From the NCBI GenBank assembly GCA_016188775.1, contig JACPHC010000002.1:1-60124 (forward strand): a DNA stretch of 60,124 nt, written 5' to 3'. Under the pieces are notes generated by a model. It searched no databases. It saw only the letters and a list, made by a program, of their open reading frames with translations, and had not been told where the DNA came from. This DNA is from Parcubacteria group bacterium (GTDB lineage: Bacteria > Patescibacteriota > Minisyncoccia > JACPHC01). Of the stretch, positions 37,027 through 44,702 are shown one piece after another (position 1 is the first letter of the stretch; every line of letters starts with the position of its first letter). The translations under genes and the position numbers were made by a program.

Positions 37027-37445
37027 ATGAAAATCTATAAAAATGTTTTTGAAAAAATCATCTCACTGGAAAATCTGTTTTGGGCGTGGGATAAGTTTAG
37101 TAGCGATAAAAAGAAAAAACGGGATGTTGTTGAGTTTGAATGGGAGCTTGAACAAAACATTTTTCAGCTTCATTGGGATTTGAAAAATAAAAAGTATAGG
37201 CACGGAACATATACTTCGTTTTATATTCAAGACCCCAAACAGAGGCATATTCACAAAGCCATCGTCAAAGACCGAGTGCTCCACCACGCAGTTTTCAGCG
37301 TCCTTAATCCAATTTTTGAGCCGACATTTATCGCATATTCGCTGTCGTGTCGTGTGGGCAAAGGAACGCATAAAGGAGTAGATATTTTGGACAGCATAAC
37401 GAAGGCAGTCAGCCACAACATTCGTAAGCCCTGCTTCGTAGTGAA
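37027..37445 (+). pseudogene. DGR-type reverse transcriptase, N-terminal approx 140 aa only
   Basis: LENLFWAWDKFSSDKKKKRDVVEFEWELEQNIFQLHWDL...FYIQDPKQRHIHKAIVKDRVLHHAV...SCRVGKGTHKGV covers RT motifs 1-2. Similarity ends near ...RKPCFV. There is no YxDD region, and the remainder of the ORF overlaps the next gene antisense. Confidence 0.7.
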
Positions 37446-37509
37446 CGCTCTGCGTTCTACTACTGGGATCCTTCGGGGTGAGGCCGTAGAGTTTATAGAC
37501 AAATGTTTA

Positions 37510-40047
37510 TTAAACCTTAAACGATGGATTATTCACAAATACTTGCTCCGGCTTGTCTCGATACTCTTTTTGCGACAAAACCGTATCATAGAGACCAATG
37601 TCTTCTCCTTCATGCCGGTTCACACCTGTATAAACTAAGCTCGAGTCCTCATATCTCTTAAATTTGTAGACAGCATCATTCATTAATGCGCTATTGAAAA
37701 CTCCCAAACTCACAAGCATTTCAAAATCTTTTTGAGTTAGACCGGTAACTTTCTTGAATAATCCTGGCTCAAGTTTCGTGATCACATCTTTCAATGTCCT
37801 TTCGCGATAATCCGTGAGATACATAAATACTGGAATACGCGTCGCTAATTTAATCAATTTTTCTTGCACTTGTTTGCGAAGGCTCTTATATTTTTTCTCT
37901 TCTTCGGTAAGTTCTTTTTTCTCCTTTTTGGTCAATTCCTTGTCGTTGGTTTCTTTTTTAACTCTTTCAACGGCTTCTGATTTGTTTATTATCGTTTCAA
38001 TGTCCTGATTCAAATTTCTAAAACCCTCAATACTCATCAGCGCATCCATCGCGCCCTTGTTGTCCATCAGTCTCTTGAGCGTGTTGTTATCAACATTCAC
38101 GAGCAGTGCGCTTTCCCAGCGCCGAGCTAGCAATGTTGCGGTTGTTCCGCTCATCGCCATATCCAAAATTCCTGCCGCGTCTATTTGCTTCATGGCGCTG
38201 CCGTCATAGGCAAGCACCGGAAGAAAACTGATAAATTCCGCCACTTTTGTTTCTGGATTGAATTCATTTACATTGAGACGGCAACTATATTCGGCAATTT
38301 GTCGCAATGCCCTGTTTGGCGCAAAATCAAAAACATAACATTCGTTTTTAATAACTTCTTCCTTGTTTGGCGATTTGCCATCAGGATTTTTGATAGTCCA
38401 TGGCGATTGAACCCTAAAGGCCGCTTGAAAATAGGTTTCTGGCGTTGAGCAACTGCGAAGCATAAATATCCCAGTCCACGGCTTCACCGTAACACCAGTT
38501 AAAAGTTTCCCGCAGGTTAAAGTAATAGTTTTTGATTCTAATGGATCATCCATTTCTCGTAGGACTGGGGGTAAGGCTCTAAGGCCGATACCGGCTTCGT
38601 GGCCAGCGGCTACGACAATCTCGTAATCTTTATAAAATGTGTTCTGCTTTTGTTTGAGCAAATTTCGCATCGCAAAGCACGATGCGACCGACGGCAAAAA
38701 CCAAAGCGTATGGTTTAATAAATTCAAAAGTTCGGCGTGAGAGTACGGCATCGGCGGCTTTTTTGCTCCAAGTTTCAAATTATCAATTGCCGTTTCTGAA
38801 AATGCACCGCGAACCAGATCAAGCCACTTTTGCACTTCATCCTCGTATTTAAACTTTGCCTTTTTATCTTTGCCATCGGCCGAGAAAAATTCATTCAGAT
38901 CAAACTCATTAAATTCCCCTTGATTCGCAATATCAATTATTGAATCGGGTAGTTGATAAGTCATCATCACCATCCGCGGTAGCGAAGCATACGGATTGGG
39001 AGCGCTTTTTTCGTTCCAAGATTGTTTCGCTCTCTGTTCATCAGAATATGTCCAGTTATAAATTTGCTCCTCAATAAATTCACCGGATGCAATTGCGCGA
39101 AACGGAGTCCCGGAAAGGTACAAATACGCCTGCGTTTTGATCGGCAATATTTTTTCATCAAACTCTTCTAACCCTTCTCCTTCCGCAAATTTTTGTTCTT
39201 TCTTTTCCTCTGCCTCAAAAAGTTCTTTAACATTTTCTCGCCACGCGCCGTAGTGGTACTCGTCAAAAACAACACAATCCCATTTTGTATCGTGAACCCA
39301 TTTATTTTTTGTCTTTACCCCGCCAGTGCTTTTATTTTTTCCTAAATAATCCTGAAAAGAGCCAAAACAAACAAAGGGCTTCTTCGTATCTATATCTTTG
39401 TGCCAAAGCGTGTTTTCTGATGCGGAAATAAATTGCCAACCCTTAAAATCAACATGTTCTTTCAAATCATCGTCCCAAGCACTTTCAACCGCCGGCTTAA
39501 AAGTCATTACCAATATTTTTGTCCAACCCATTTTTTGGGCGAGTTGGTAAGTGGCAAATGTCTTGCCAAAACGCATTTTGGCATTCCAAAGAAAATGCGG
39601 AGTTTTGTTTGGATTTTCTTTTTTATAACTCAAAAAGTAAGCCGATGTCTTTTCTACCGCCGCTTTTTGCTCCGGACGCATTGTGAAATTTAGTCCTCGA
39701 GTTTCAACACTAAATTTCCGTTCCCTCAAATCATTTATTGCTGATCTAACGTCCTTCACTGAACATTTAAACCACTCGCCTCCATCTCTTTTTACGCTGC
39801 GGCGCTTTAAATGGGTGTGTACCTCATGGTCAGTAAAGGTAGTGCCGTCACTCCTGATGGCATCTTCAACGAGAACAATTCTGTGCGGTACTCGGCTTGT
39901 GCCTAATTGTTCCGCAATTCTTTGTTGTGCATCGCGAACCGTATAACCGATTTTGAGCAGGCTCTTATGCGAATCAACGCCTATCAACTCGTAGGCGTAT
40001 ATTGTCGGTTTAACATCCGGTTTTTGTGGAAAAAAATCTCTGGCCAT
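37510..40047 (-). CDS. T5orf172/GIY-YIG-like nuclease domain fused to an SF2 (Res-like) helicase; putative restriction subunit
   Basis: 845 aa. N-terminus IYAYEL...LLKIGYT...GGEWFKCSV. Walker A RFGKTFATY and DExH-like VVFDEYHYGA. Confidence 0.65.
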   Translation of the reverse strand: MARDFFPQKPDVKPTIYAYELIGVDSHKSLLKIGYTVRDAQQRIAEQLGTSRVPHRIVLVEDAIRSDGTTFTDHEVHTHLKRRSVKRDGGEWFKCSVKDVRSAINDLRERKFSVETRGLNFTMRPEQKAAVEKTSAYFLSYKKENPNKTPHFLWNAKMRFGKTFATYQLAQKMGWTKILVMTFKPAVESAWDDDLKEHVDFKGWQFISASENTLWHKDIDTKKPFVCFGSFQDYLGKNKSTGGVKTKNKWVHDTKWDCVVFDEYHYGAWRENVKELFEAEEKKEQKFAEGEGLEEFDEKILPIKTQAYLYLSGTPFRAIASGEFIEEQIYNWTYSDEQRAKQSWNEKSAPNPYASLPRMVMMTYQLPDSIIDIANQGEFNEFDLNEFFSADGKDKKAKFKYEDEVQKWLDLVRGAFSETAIDNLKLGAKKPPMPYSHAELLNLLNHTLWFLPSVASCFAMRNLLKQKQNTFYKDYEIVVAAGHEAGIGLRALPPVLREMDDPLESKTITLTCGKLLTGVTVKPWTGIFMLRSCSTPETYFQAAFRVQSPWTIKNPDGKSPNKEEVIKNECYVFDFAPNRALRQIAEYSCRLNVNEFNPETKVAEFISFLPVLAYDGSAMKQIDAAGILDMAMSGTTATLLARRWESALLVNVDNNTLKRLMDNKGAMDALMSIEGFRNLNQDIETIINKSEAVERVKKETNDKELTKKEKKELTEEEKKYKSLRKQVQEKLIKLATRIPVFMYLTDYRERTLKDVITKLEPGLFKKVTGLTQKDFEMLVSLGVFNSALMNDAVYKFKRYEDSSLVYTGVNRHEGEDIGLYDTVLSQKEYRDKPEQVFVNNPSFKV

Positions 40048-40048
40048 A

Positions 40049-41563
40049 TTAATTCATGGGGCGAATCATGGATTCGATAAACTCAATTTCTTCTTTGGTA
40101 AGTTTGTATTTTTTGTATAACTTTTCATCAGTCCATGCTTCAGAAAAGTCTTGCACTGGGACAAAGCTATATACTCCTCTTGCTGCATTTTGTGTATTTT
40201 TCTTTAGGAGAACCATAAATCTAAAAAATTTAGTGTTCATATAAGCAATAACGTTTTGGGTAATCTCTTTTGTTGCAAATGGACCAATAACCAAATAAGT
40301 TTCTGAGCAGCAGGAATTTTTCTCTCCCAAGAATGGTTTGGCTATTATCTTATAAGGAAGTGCTCCTCTCTCGCCATATGCCTTAGCTGTATAAACTTTA
40401 TAATCCTTAACCCACTTATAATTGTGAGTAATCACATTTTTATCAATAAAACCATTTTCGGGATACGAATAAATTTTTATATAACCGTTTTTTGATTTCT
40501 TTGATGGCTTAATGGTTGTACCAATACCGAAAGGTTTTCTTGAACTAACAAAGTTAATAAAATCTTTTTCTTTATTTTCTCGAATTTTTCTTAAAATAGA
40601 TATTGCCTTATTGAATCTTATAAAAGTATCTGAATCATTCTCAAGAAGAGGCCTCTTAATAGAAGTTGTCTCTCCCTTTTGTATCGATGTTACATTACAA
40701 GAACCATGGTAATCTCTTTCCCACAAAAAATAACAAATACCACCGGAAATATCGACCCCAGGAAAACATTCGGTAGAATCAAAATAATCTACCAGCTCTT
40801 TAATACGGGCGTCATTTAACATGCTAGACCTAAATTCATCTAATCCCTTACCGCCAGAAAACCAACGTGAAGGAATAATCATAGTTAAAAATCTAGGATT
40901 CAGTTTTTTGGCCTGTTCAATAAACTTTTGATAAATAGGGATAGCACTAGCGCCATGACCCTGATCACTTATTTGATAAGGTGGATTGCCTATAATTACA
41001 TCGAATTTCATATTTTTAATTTTATCATTTAATTTATTATGTATAAATTGATACGCGTGAGTCTCGAGCCCTTCCTCACGCTCATACTCTGACTGGCTGG
41101 CACCGCAAAAAGAGCACCGGCCGTTTTGCCAAGTATGATTGGTTTTATCAAAAAATATGTTGCCCTGTTCGTTGTCAAAAACATCCGTAACGGAATATTT
41201 TAGCTTCTCGGTCCTGTTGGGATTTTTAGAGCAATACAAACTGCGTCTTGAAAGAAGCGCGGTTAATTCGGTAATTCCAATCCCAAAAATCTGCTTGTCA
41301 AAGATGTGATCAATCCTTTTTTGCTTATCAGGGATTTGATCTTCCAACCCCTCGAGTAACCTCTTTGCAATTTCTCGCAAAAACACACCTGACTTGGAAA
41401 CCGGATCAAGAAAAGTCGCGTTTTTATCTCGCCAAATTTCCTTTGGCAGTAAATCTAATATCTCATTTGCTAATTTTGGCGGAGTAAAAACCTCGTCGCT
41501 GCTCAAGTTGGCGAGGCAAGAAAGAACATCTGGGTTGTAATTATTTTGCGTCTTCATAATCAA
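40049..41563 (-). CDS. Eco57I-family gamma-class N6-adenine DNA methyltransferase
   Basis: DEVFTPPKLANEILDLL, FLDPVSKSGVFL (motif I-like) and VIIGNPPYQ (motif IV). Confidence 0.8.
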   Translation of the reverse strand: MIMKTQNNYNPDVLSCLANLSSDEVFTPPKLANEILDLLPKEIWRDKNATFLDPVSKSGVFLREIAKRLLEGLEDQIPDKQKRIDHIFDKQIFGIGITELTALLSRRSLYCSKNPNRTEKLKYSVTDVFDNEQGNIFFDKTNHTWQNGRCSFCGASQSEYEREEGLETHAYQFIHNKLNDKIKNMKFDVIIGNPPYQISDQGHGASAIPIYQKFIEQAKKLNPRFLTMIIPSRWFSGGKGLDEFRSSMLNDARIKELVDYFDSTECFPGVDISGGICYFLWERDYHGSCNVTSIQKGETTSIKRPLLENDSDTFIRFNKAISILRKIRENKEKDFINFVSSRKPFGIGTTIKPSKKSKNGYIKIYSYPENGFIDKNVITHNYKWVKDYKVYTAKAYGERGALPYKIIAKPFLGEKNSCCSETYLVIGPFATKEITQNVIAYMNTKFFRFMVLLKKNTQNAARGVYSFVPVQDFSEAWTDEKLYKKYKLTKEEIEFIESMIRPMN

Positions 41564-42209
41564 GTTGTAAGTAATGCTTTACAGGAAACTCTTTAATGGG
41601 CATCGGTGAAAAAACAGCCTCGCCTGTGTCCGAAACTTCGCGCAATGAAAAAAGTGTCGGTTTATTTGGATCGAAATCAGCTAATTCGCGAAACTCAAAA
41701 TCTCGTCTTTTAATTTTACTGCCGTTTACCAACGCCCACTCAGAAAAGACAATATGCGCTTTGCTATTTCCCGTTTTTAAAGTGAGCGCGTCTCCTTGTA
41801 AAATATTCCGCCCCAACACAAACCTGATGCTTTTTCTAAAATTATCGTTGCCTTTTTCCTTATAGAGATTTATGTAACAATCATCAGCCAGCTTATAAAG
41901 CCGTTTGATACACGCCTCTACATTATCTTGCAGAAGTTCTACCCCATAAATACTACTTACCGCTAAAAGCGCCATTCTTTCAAATTCCGTTTGGCTTGAT
42001 TTGTATTTTCTCTTCACCGCTTCAAGTTTTTTTTCAAGGATCGGCGCAAGGAAATTTCCATCGCCGCAAGCCGGCTCCAAAAAGCGGGATTCAATTCTTT
42101 CTGTCTCGTTTTTGACCAAATCAAGCATGGCGTTCACTTCACGCTCTTGCGTAAATACCTCGCCATGATTCCTAACCCTTTCTTTGGATTTTACATGCTT
42201 ATTTGCCAT
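41541..42209 (-). CDS. Methyltransferase-like protein with a SAM motif but no NPPY
   Basis: HGEVFTQEREVNAMLDLV and FLEPACGDGNFL are present. No (D/N)PP(Y/F) motif was seen. It overlaps the next gene by 23 nt. Confidence 0.45.
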   Translation of the reverse strand: MANKHVKSKERVRNHGEVFTQEREVNAMLDLVKNETERIESRFLEPACGDGNFLAPILEKKLEAVKRKYKSSQTEFERMALLAVSSIYGVELLQDNVEACIKRLYKLADDCYINLYKEKGNDNFRKSIRFVLGRNILQGDALTLKTGNSKAHIVFSEWALVNGSKIKRRDFEFRELADFDPNKPTLFSLREVSDTGEAVFSPMPIKEFPVKHYLQLDYEDAK

Positions 42210-42338
42210 AAAGATTATTCTTGATCTGTTCCCGATCTTTTTCATCGCCGATGAGCCGCACCCCAGTAGTATCCGCCTCTGGCGGAACTACGGGGCAGGC
42301 ATAAAACTCGTGTTCTTTTTTGATTTTATTTTTGGTGG

Positions 42339-43034
42339 TCATTTTTCGCTTTCCAAACGCGCTTTTAATAAAAAGATTGTTTCTTCGCGAAGTTTTGCCC
42401 AGGCCCAGTCCTTTTGGTTTTCGGTCAAAAATTCTCCCAAACCGACCAGAATGTTTCGATTCTCCATTTTTTCCAGCTGTTCCGCGGTTGCCTGCAAAAT
42501 TTCTTTAAAGGATTTGCCCGAACGCTGTTCAATAATTTCTTTATTTATCGGCCAATTGTTTTTAAGGAAAAACCAAACATCATAAATATCGCGGCTCGTT
42601 TTACCAACCCGTTCGTGCATAGCCATAAGCTTATGGGCAAACATATCTTCCCGAACCATTACAAGCATGGAAATACCCAGCAGTGTCTTTAAATCGTATT
42701 TTGAACCAAACTGACGGCGATTAACCTCAACTTTAATATTTTGCAATTTGGTATCGTAGGAAATAATGTTAATCAGATTGAATCGTTTAATCAGTGAATC
42801 AACTATCTTTCCATAACCAGCAACGATCTTCTGTATTTTTTCAAATACGGCCTGTTCTTTGCTTTCGTCGAGCAAATCGAAATCCAAATCAACCGAATCG
42901 CGGGTCAGATCGTAAAACAGGAGGGCAGCCGTTCCGCCCTTAAACCCTAAATGCGGCGCGATAGATGTATCATAATATATATCCTTCAGAATCTGGAGTA
43001 GAACATTTTTGTGTTTTGAATAATCCAATGTCAT
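42339..43034 (-). CDS. AbiEii/AbiGii-family nucleotidyltransferase toxin
   Basis: LLQILKDIYYD...LGFKGGTAALLFYDLTRDSVDLDFD. Start at MTLDYSK; the upstream part of the 331-aa ORF runs through a GC-rich repeat and the AbiEi gene. Confidence 0.8.
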   Translation of the reverse strand: MTLDYSKHKNVLLQILKDIYYDTSIAPHLGFKGGTAALLFYDLTRDSVDLDFDLLDESKEQAVFEKIQKIVAGYGKIVDSLIKRFNLINIISYDTKLQNIKVEVNRRQFGSKYDLKTLLGISMLVMVREDMFAHKLMAMHERVGKTSRDIYDVWFFLKNNWPINKEIIEQRSGKSFKEILQATAEQLEKMENRNILVGLGEFLTENQKDWAWAKLREETIFLLKARLESEK

Positions 43035-43038
43035 AAAT

Positions 43039-43731
43039 TTACGCGGAACTTTTTCCGCCAGACCTGCCCGCTTCGCGTCGCGAAGCAAGGCGGGCGGGGG
43101 CGGATCCGCTCGCCTCGCTGGAACGAGAGCGAAGCGGGCCTTCGGCGGAATAATACTCGAAATACTCCCGGACTTTTTTCTCCATACGCTTATTATTGTA
43201 AACGGGCAAAATCCAAAAAACTTTGTCCCAGTCCAAGACATCCAAATGATCGAAGTGATAGTCCTTACTGATATAAATTCTGTCCAAAAATGCACGCTCC
43301 TTGCTGGCGATGGAATACCCCTCGGCATGTTCAATACCGGCTGTATTGCTTAATACATAATCTTTTATTCGAACAAAAGAGATTTTTTGGCCATCAACAT
43401 TAATTTCTCGGGTCACATACGAGGCAACAAAAATACTGTCGTAATACTGGAAACTTATTCCGGCGCGAGTTAACACGGTCTCAAGGCTGATGTATGAGGG
43501 AATATAGATTTTTGTAGCCAATTCGAATTTCTCATAGTTTTTATCCTTGGCATACAAACCACGGCGGACTCTTATCAACTTTCCGGCCCTAACATACTTG
43601 TTTAATCGAATACTAACCGTGTCTTTTCTTTCCTCGCCCCACAACAAAGCAACATCTTTTGTTGAAAAGATGGTTCTGGGGGATCTCAATAAAATATCCA
43701 AGTATTCGCCTTTTTTGGGTTTATTATCCAT
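43039..43731 (-). CDS. AbiEi-family antitoxin/transcriptional regulator
   Basis: ...FSTKDVALLWGEERKDTVSIRLNKYVRAGKLIRVRRGLYA.... The C-terminal approx 35 aa are encoded by a GC-rich palindromic insert. Confidence 0.75.
   Translation of the reverse strand: MDNKPKKGEYLDILLRSPRTIFSTKDVALLWGEERKDTVSIRLNKYVRAGKLIRVRRGLYAKDKNYEKFELATKIYIPSYISLETVLTRAGISFQYYDSIFVASYVTREINVDGQKISFVRIKDYVLSNTAGIEHAEGYSIASKERAFLDRIYISKDYHFDHLDVLDWDKVFWILPVYNNKRMEKKVREYFEYYSAEGPLRSRSSEASGSAPARLASRREAGRSGGKSSA
43053..43150. repeat. GC-rich multi-hairpin insert at the AbiEi/AbiEii junction
   Basis: Outer arms TTCCGCC/GGCGGAA. Inner arms GCTTCGCGTCGCGAAGC and CTCGCTGGAACGAG. Confidence 0.6.
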
Positions 43732-43779
43732 ATTTGTACTGCAGAATACCTTAAAGGTAAGCTACAGTTCAAATATTAG

Positions 43780-44022
43780 CATAAAGGGCTAAATAGCGCA
43801 AGCCAAAAGGTTTTGCAGGAGCAAATTAAAGATTTTGAACAAAAAGGCTTGCCGTGGCTCGAACCGGCTCGTGAGTTCGTTTTATCCTTAAATCAAGCCG
43901 CGAAACTGCTTGAATCCGAAAACAAGACGGGAATGACAACATTTCTTAAAAATATCGGCTCGCTTGCCCGCCTTTGGAGGGAACTGCGTTTTGCAGAATC
44001 GCCAACTGATTTTTTCGCCTAA
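43780..44022 (+). pseudogene. Remnant of a serine-recombinase C-terminal region
   Basis: An approx 80-codon stop-to-stop frame with ...KDFEQKGLPWLEPAREFVLSLNQAAKLLESENKT..TFLKNIGS.... It resembles the tail region of the 12385-14079 family, with no catalytic domain upstream. Confidence 0.35.
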
Positions 44023-44089
44023 AATTCAATACAAACTGGCCGCCGAGCGAAGCGAAGCGGTTTCCAATTCCTTGCGCTTTTCTAAATTG

Positions 44090-44161
44090 TGGAGACGAGG
44101 GGATTTGAACCCCTGACCTTCCGGATGCAAACCGGATGCTCTGCCGCTGAGCTACGTCCCC
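44090..44161 (-). tRNA. tRNA-Ala (anticodon TGC)
   Basis: GGGGACGTAGCTCAGCGGCAGAGCATCCGGTTTGCATCCGGAAGGTCAGGGGTTCAAATCCCCTCGTCTCCA. It has the G3:U70 pair and no encoded CCA. Confidence 0.9.
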
Positions 44162-44170
44162 GTAAAAAAG

Positions 44171-44219
44171 ATTGGAGGGCGAACAAATCGGGGCGCTCTG
44201 CCGCTAAGCTATGGGCCCG
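44171..44219 (-). pseudogene. tRNA-like remnant (acceptor and D-arm only)
   Basis: GGGCCCATAGCTTAGCGGCAGAGCG...CGCCCTCCA shares the D-arm and 3' end with the neighbouring tRNA-Ala but lacks anticodon and T arms. Confidence 0.35.
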
Positions 44220-44228
44220 CGAAATAAA

Positions 44229-44305
44229 TGGTGGGCGTGCATGGATTCGAACCATGGACCTCGTCATTATCAGTGACGCGCTCTAACCAACTGAGCTACA
44301 CGCCC
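44229..44305 (-). tRNA. tRNA-Ile (anticodon GAT), CCA encoded
   Basis: GGGCGTGTAGCTCAGTTGGTTAGAGCGCGTCACTGATAATGACGAGGTCCATGGTTCGAATCCATGCACGCCCACCA. Confidence 0.9.
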
Positions 44306-44411
44306 ATTTCAATCGGGCGAATACATAATAATAATCAAAAAAATTAAAATTGACAAGAATTAGAAACAAAAAAGCTCTCGATTAATCCAAGAGCTTTTAA
44401 AAAATTTTGTT

Positions 44412-44702
44412 TTAATCCTCCCACTCAATTTCCAGATCATCTTCGAAAAAATCGTCCAGTTTTCTAATTGTTTCAGAAACATCTAAATCCACGGCTAAAA
44501 CCGCGCAATCCAAGTAAACCGGATGAATCGCCCATCCCAAATGGCTTGTAACGAGTTTCGCGATTCCCCAATCTTTAAAAAAAACGCGGCAATATTTTTG
44601 ACGATTCTTTATAGAGTGATGTTCAGTAATGGTGATATCATACTTTTCTTCAATCGCTTTTTTAACCGTTAACAAACTATTGGGACAAACTTTTAATTTC
44701 AT
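44412..44702 (-). CDS. Hypothetical 96-aa protein encoded in the 16S-tRNA-Ile spacer
   Basis: MKLKVCPNSLL... with an acidic tail DDFFEDDLEIEWED. GGAGGT lies 7 nt upstream of the ATG. Confidence 0.4.
   Translation of the reverse strand: MKLKVCPNSLLTVKKAIEEKYDITITEHHSIKNRQKYCRVFFKDWGIAKLVTSHLGWAIHPVYLDCAVLAVDLDVSETIRKLDDFFEDDLEIEWED

Larger units (their letters stand above)
34595..44089. mobile_element. Mosaic genomic island adjacent to the 3' end of tRNA-Ala
   Basis: Abrupt rise in GC at approx 34595, pseudogenes, a DGR, an R-M/Abi block and a recombinase remnant ending at the tRNA. Confidence 0.45.

Noticed and set aside
40049-42245. The 234-aa and 504-aa methyltransferase ORFs as one frameshifted gene
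   Set aside because: Each has its own N-terminal (E/D)VFT and FL(E/D)P...G.F SAM motifs, so a fusion would duplicate motif I. They are kept as separate genes.
43740-44089. Expectation of a 23S rRNA gene downstream of tRNA-Ala
   Set aside because: No 23S-like conserved sequence is seen. The region instead reads as a recombinase-tail remnant, so the rrn operon appears unlinked here.
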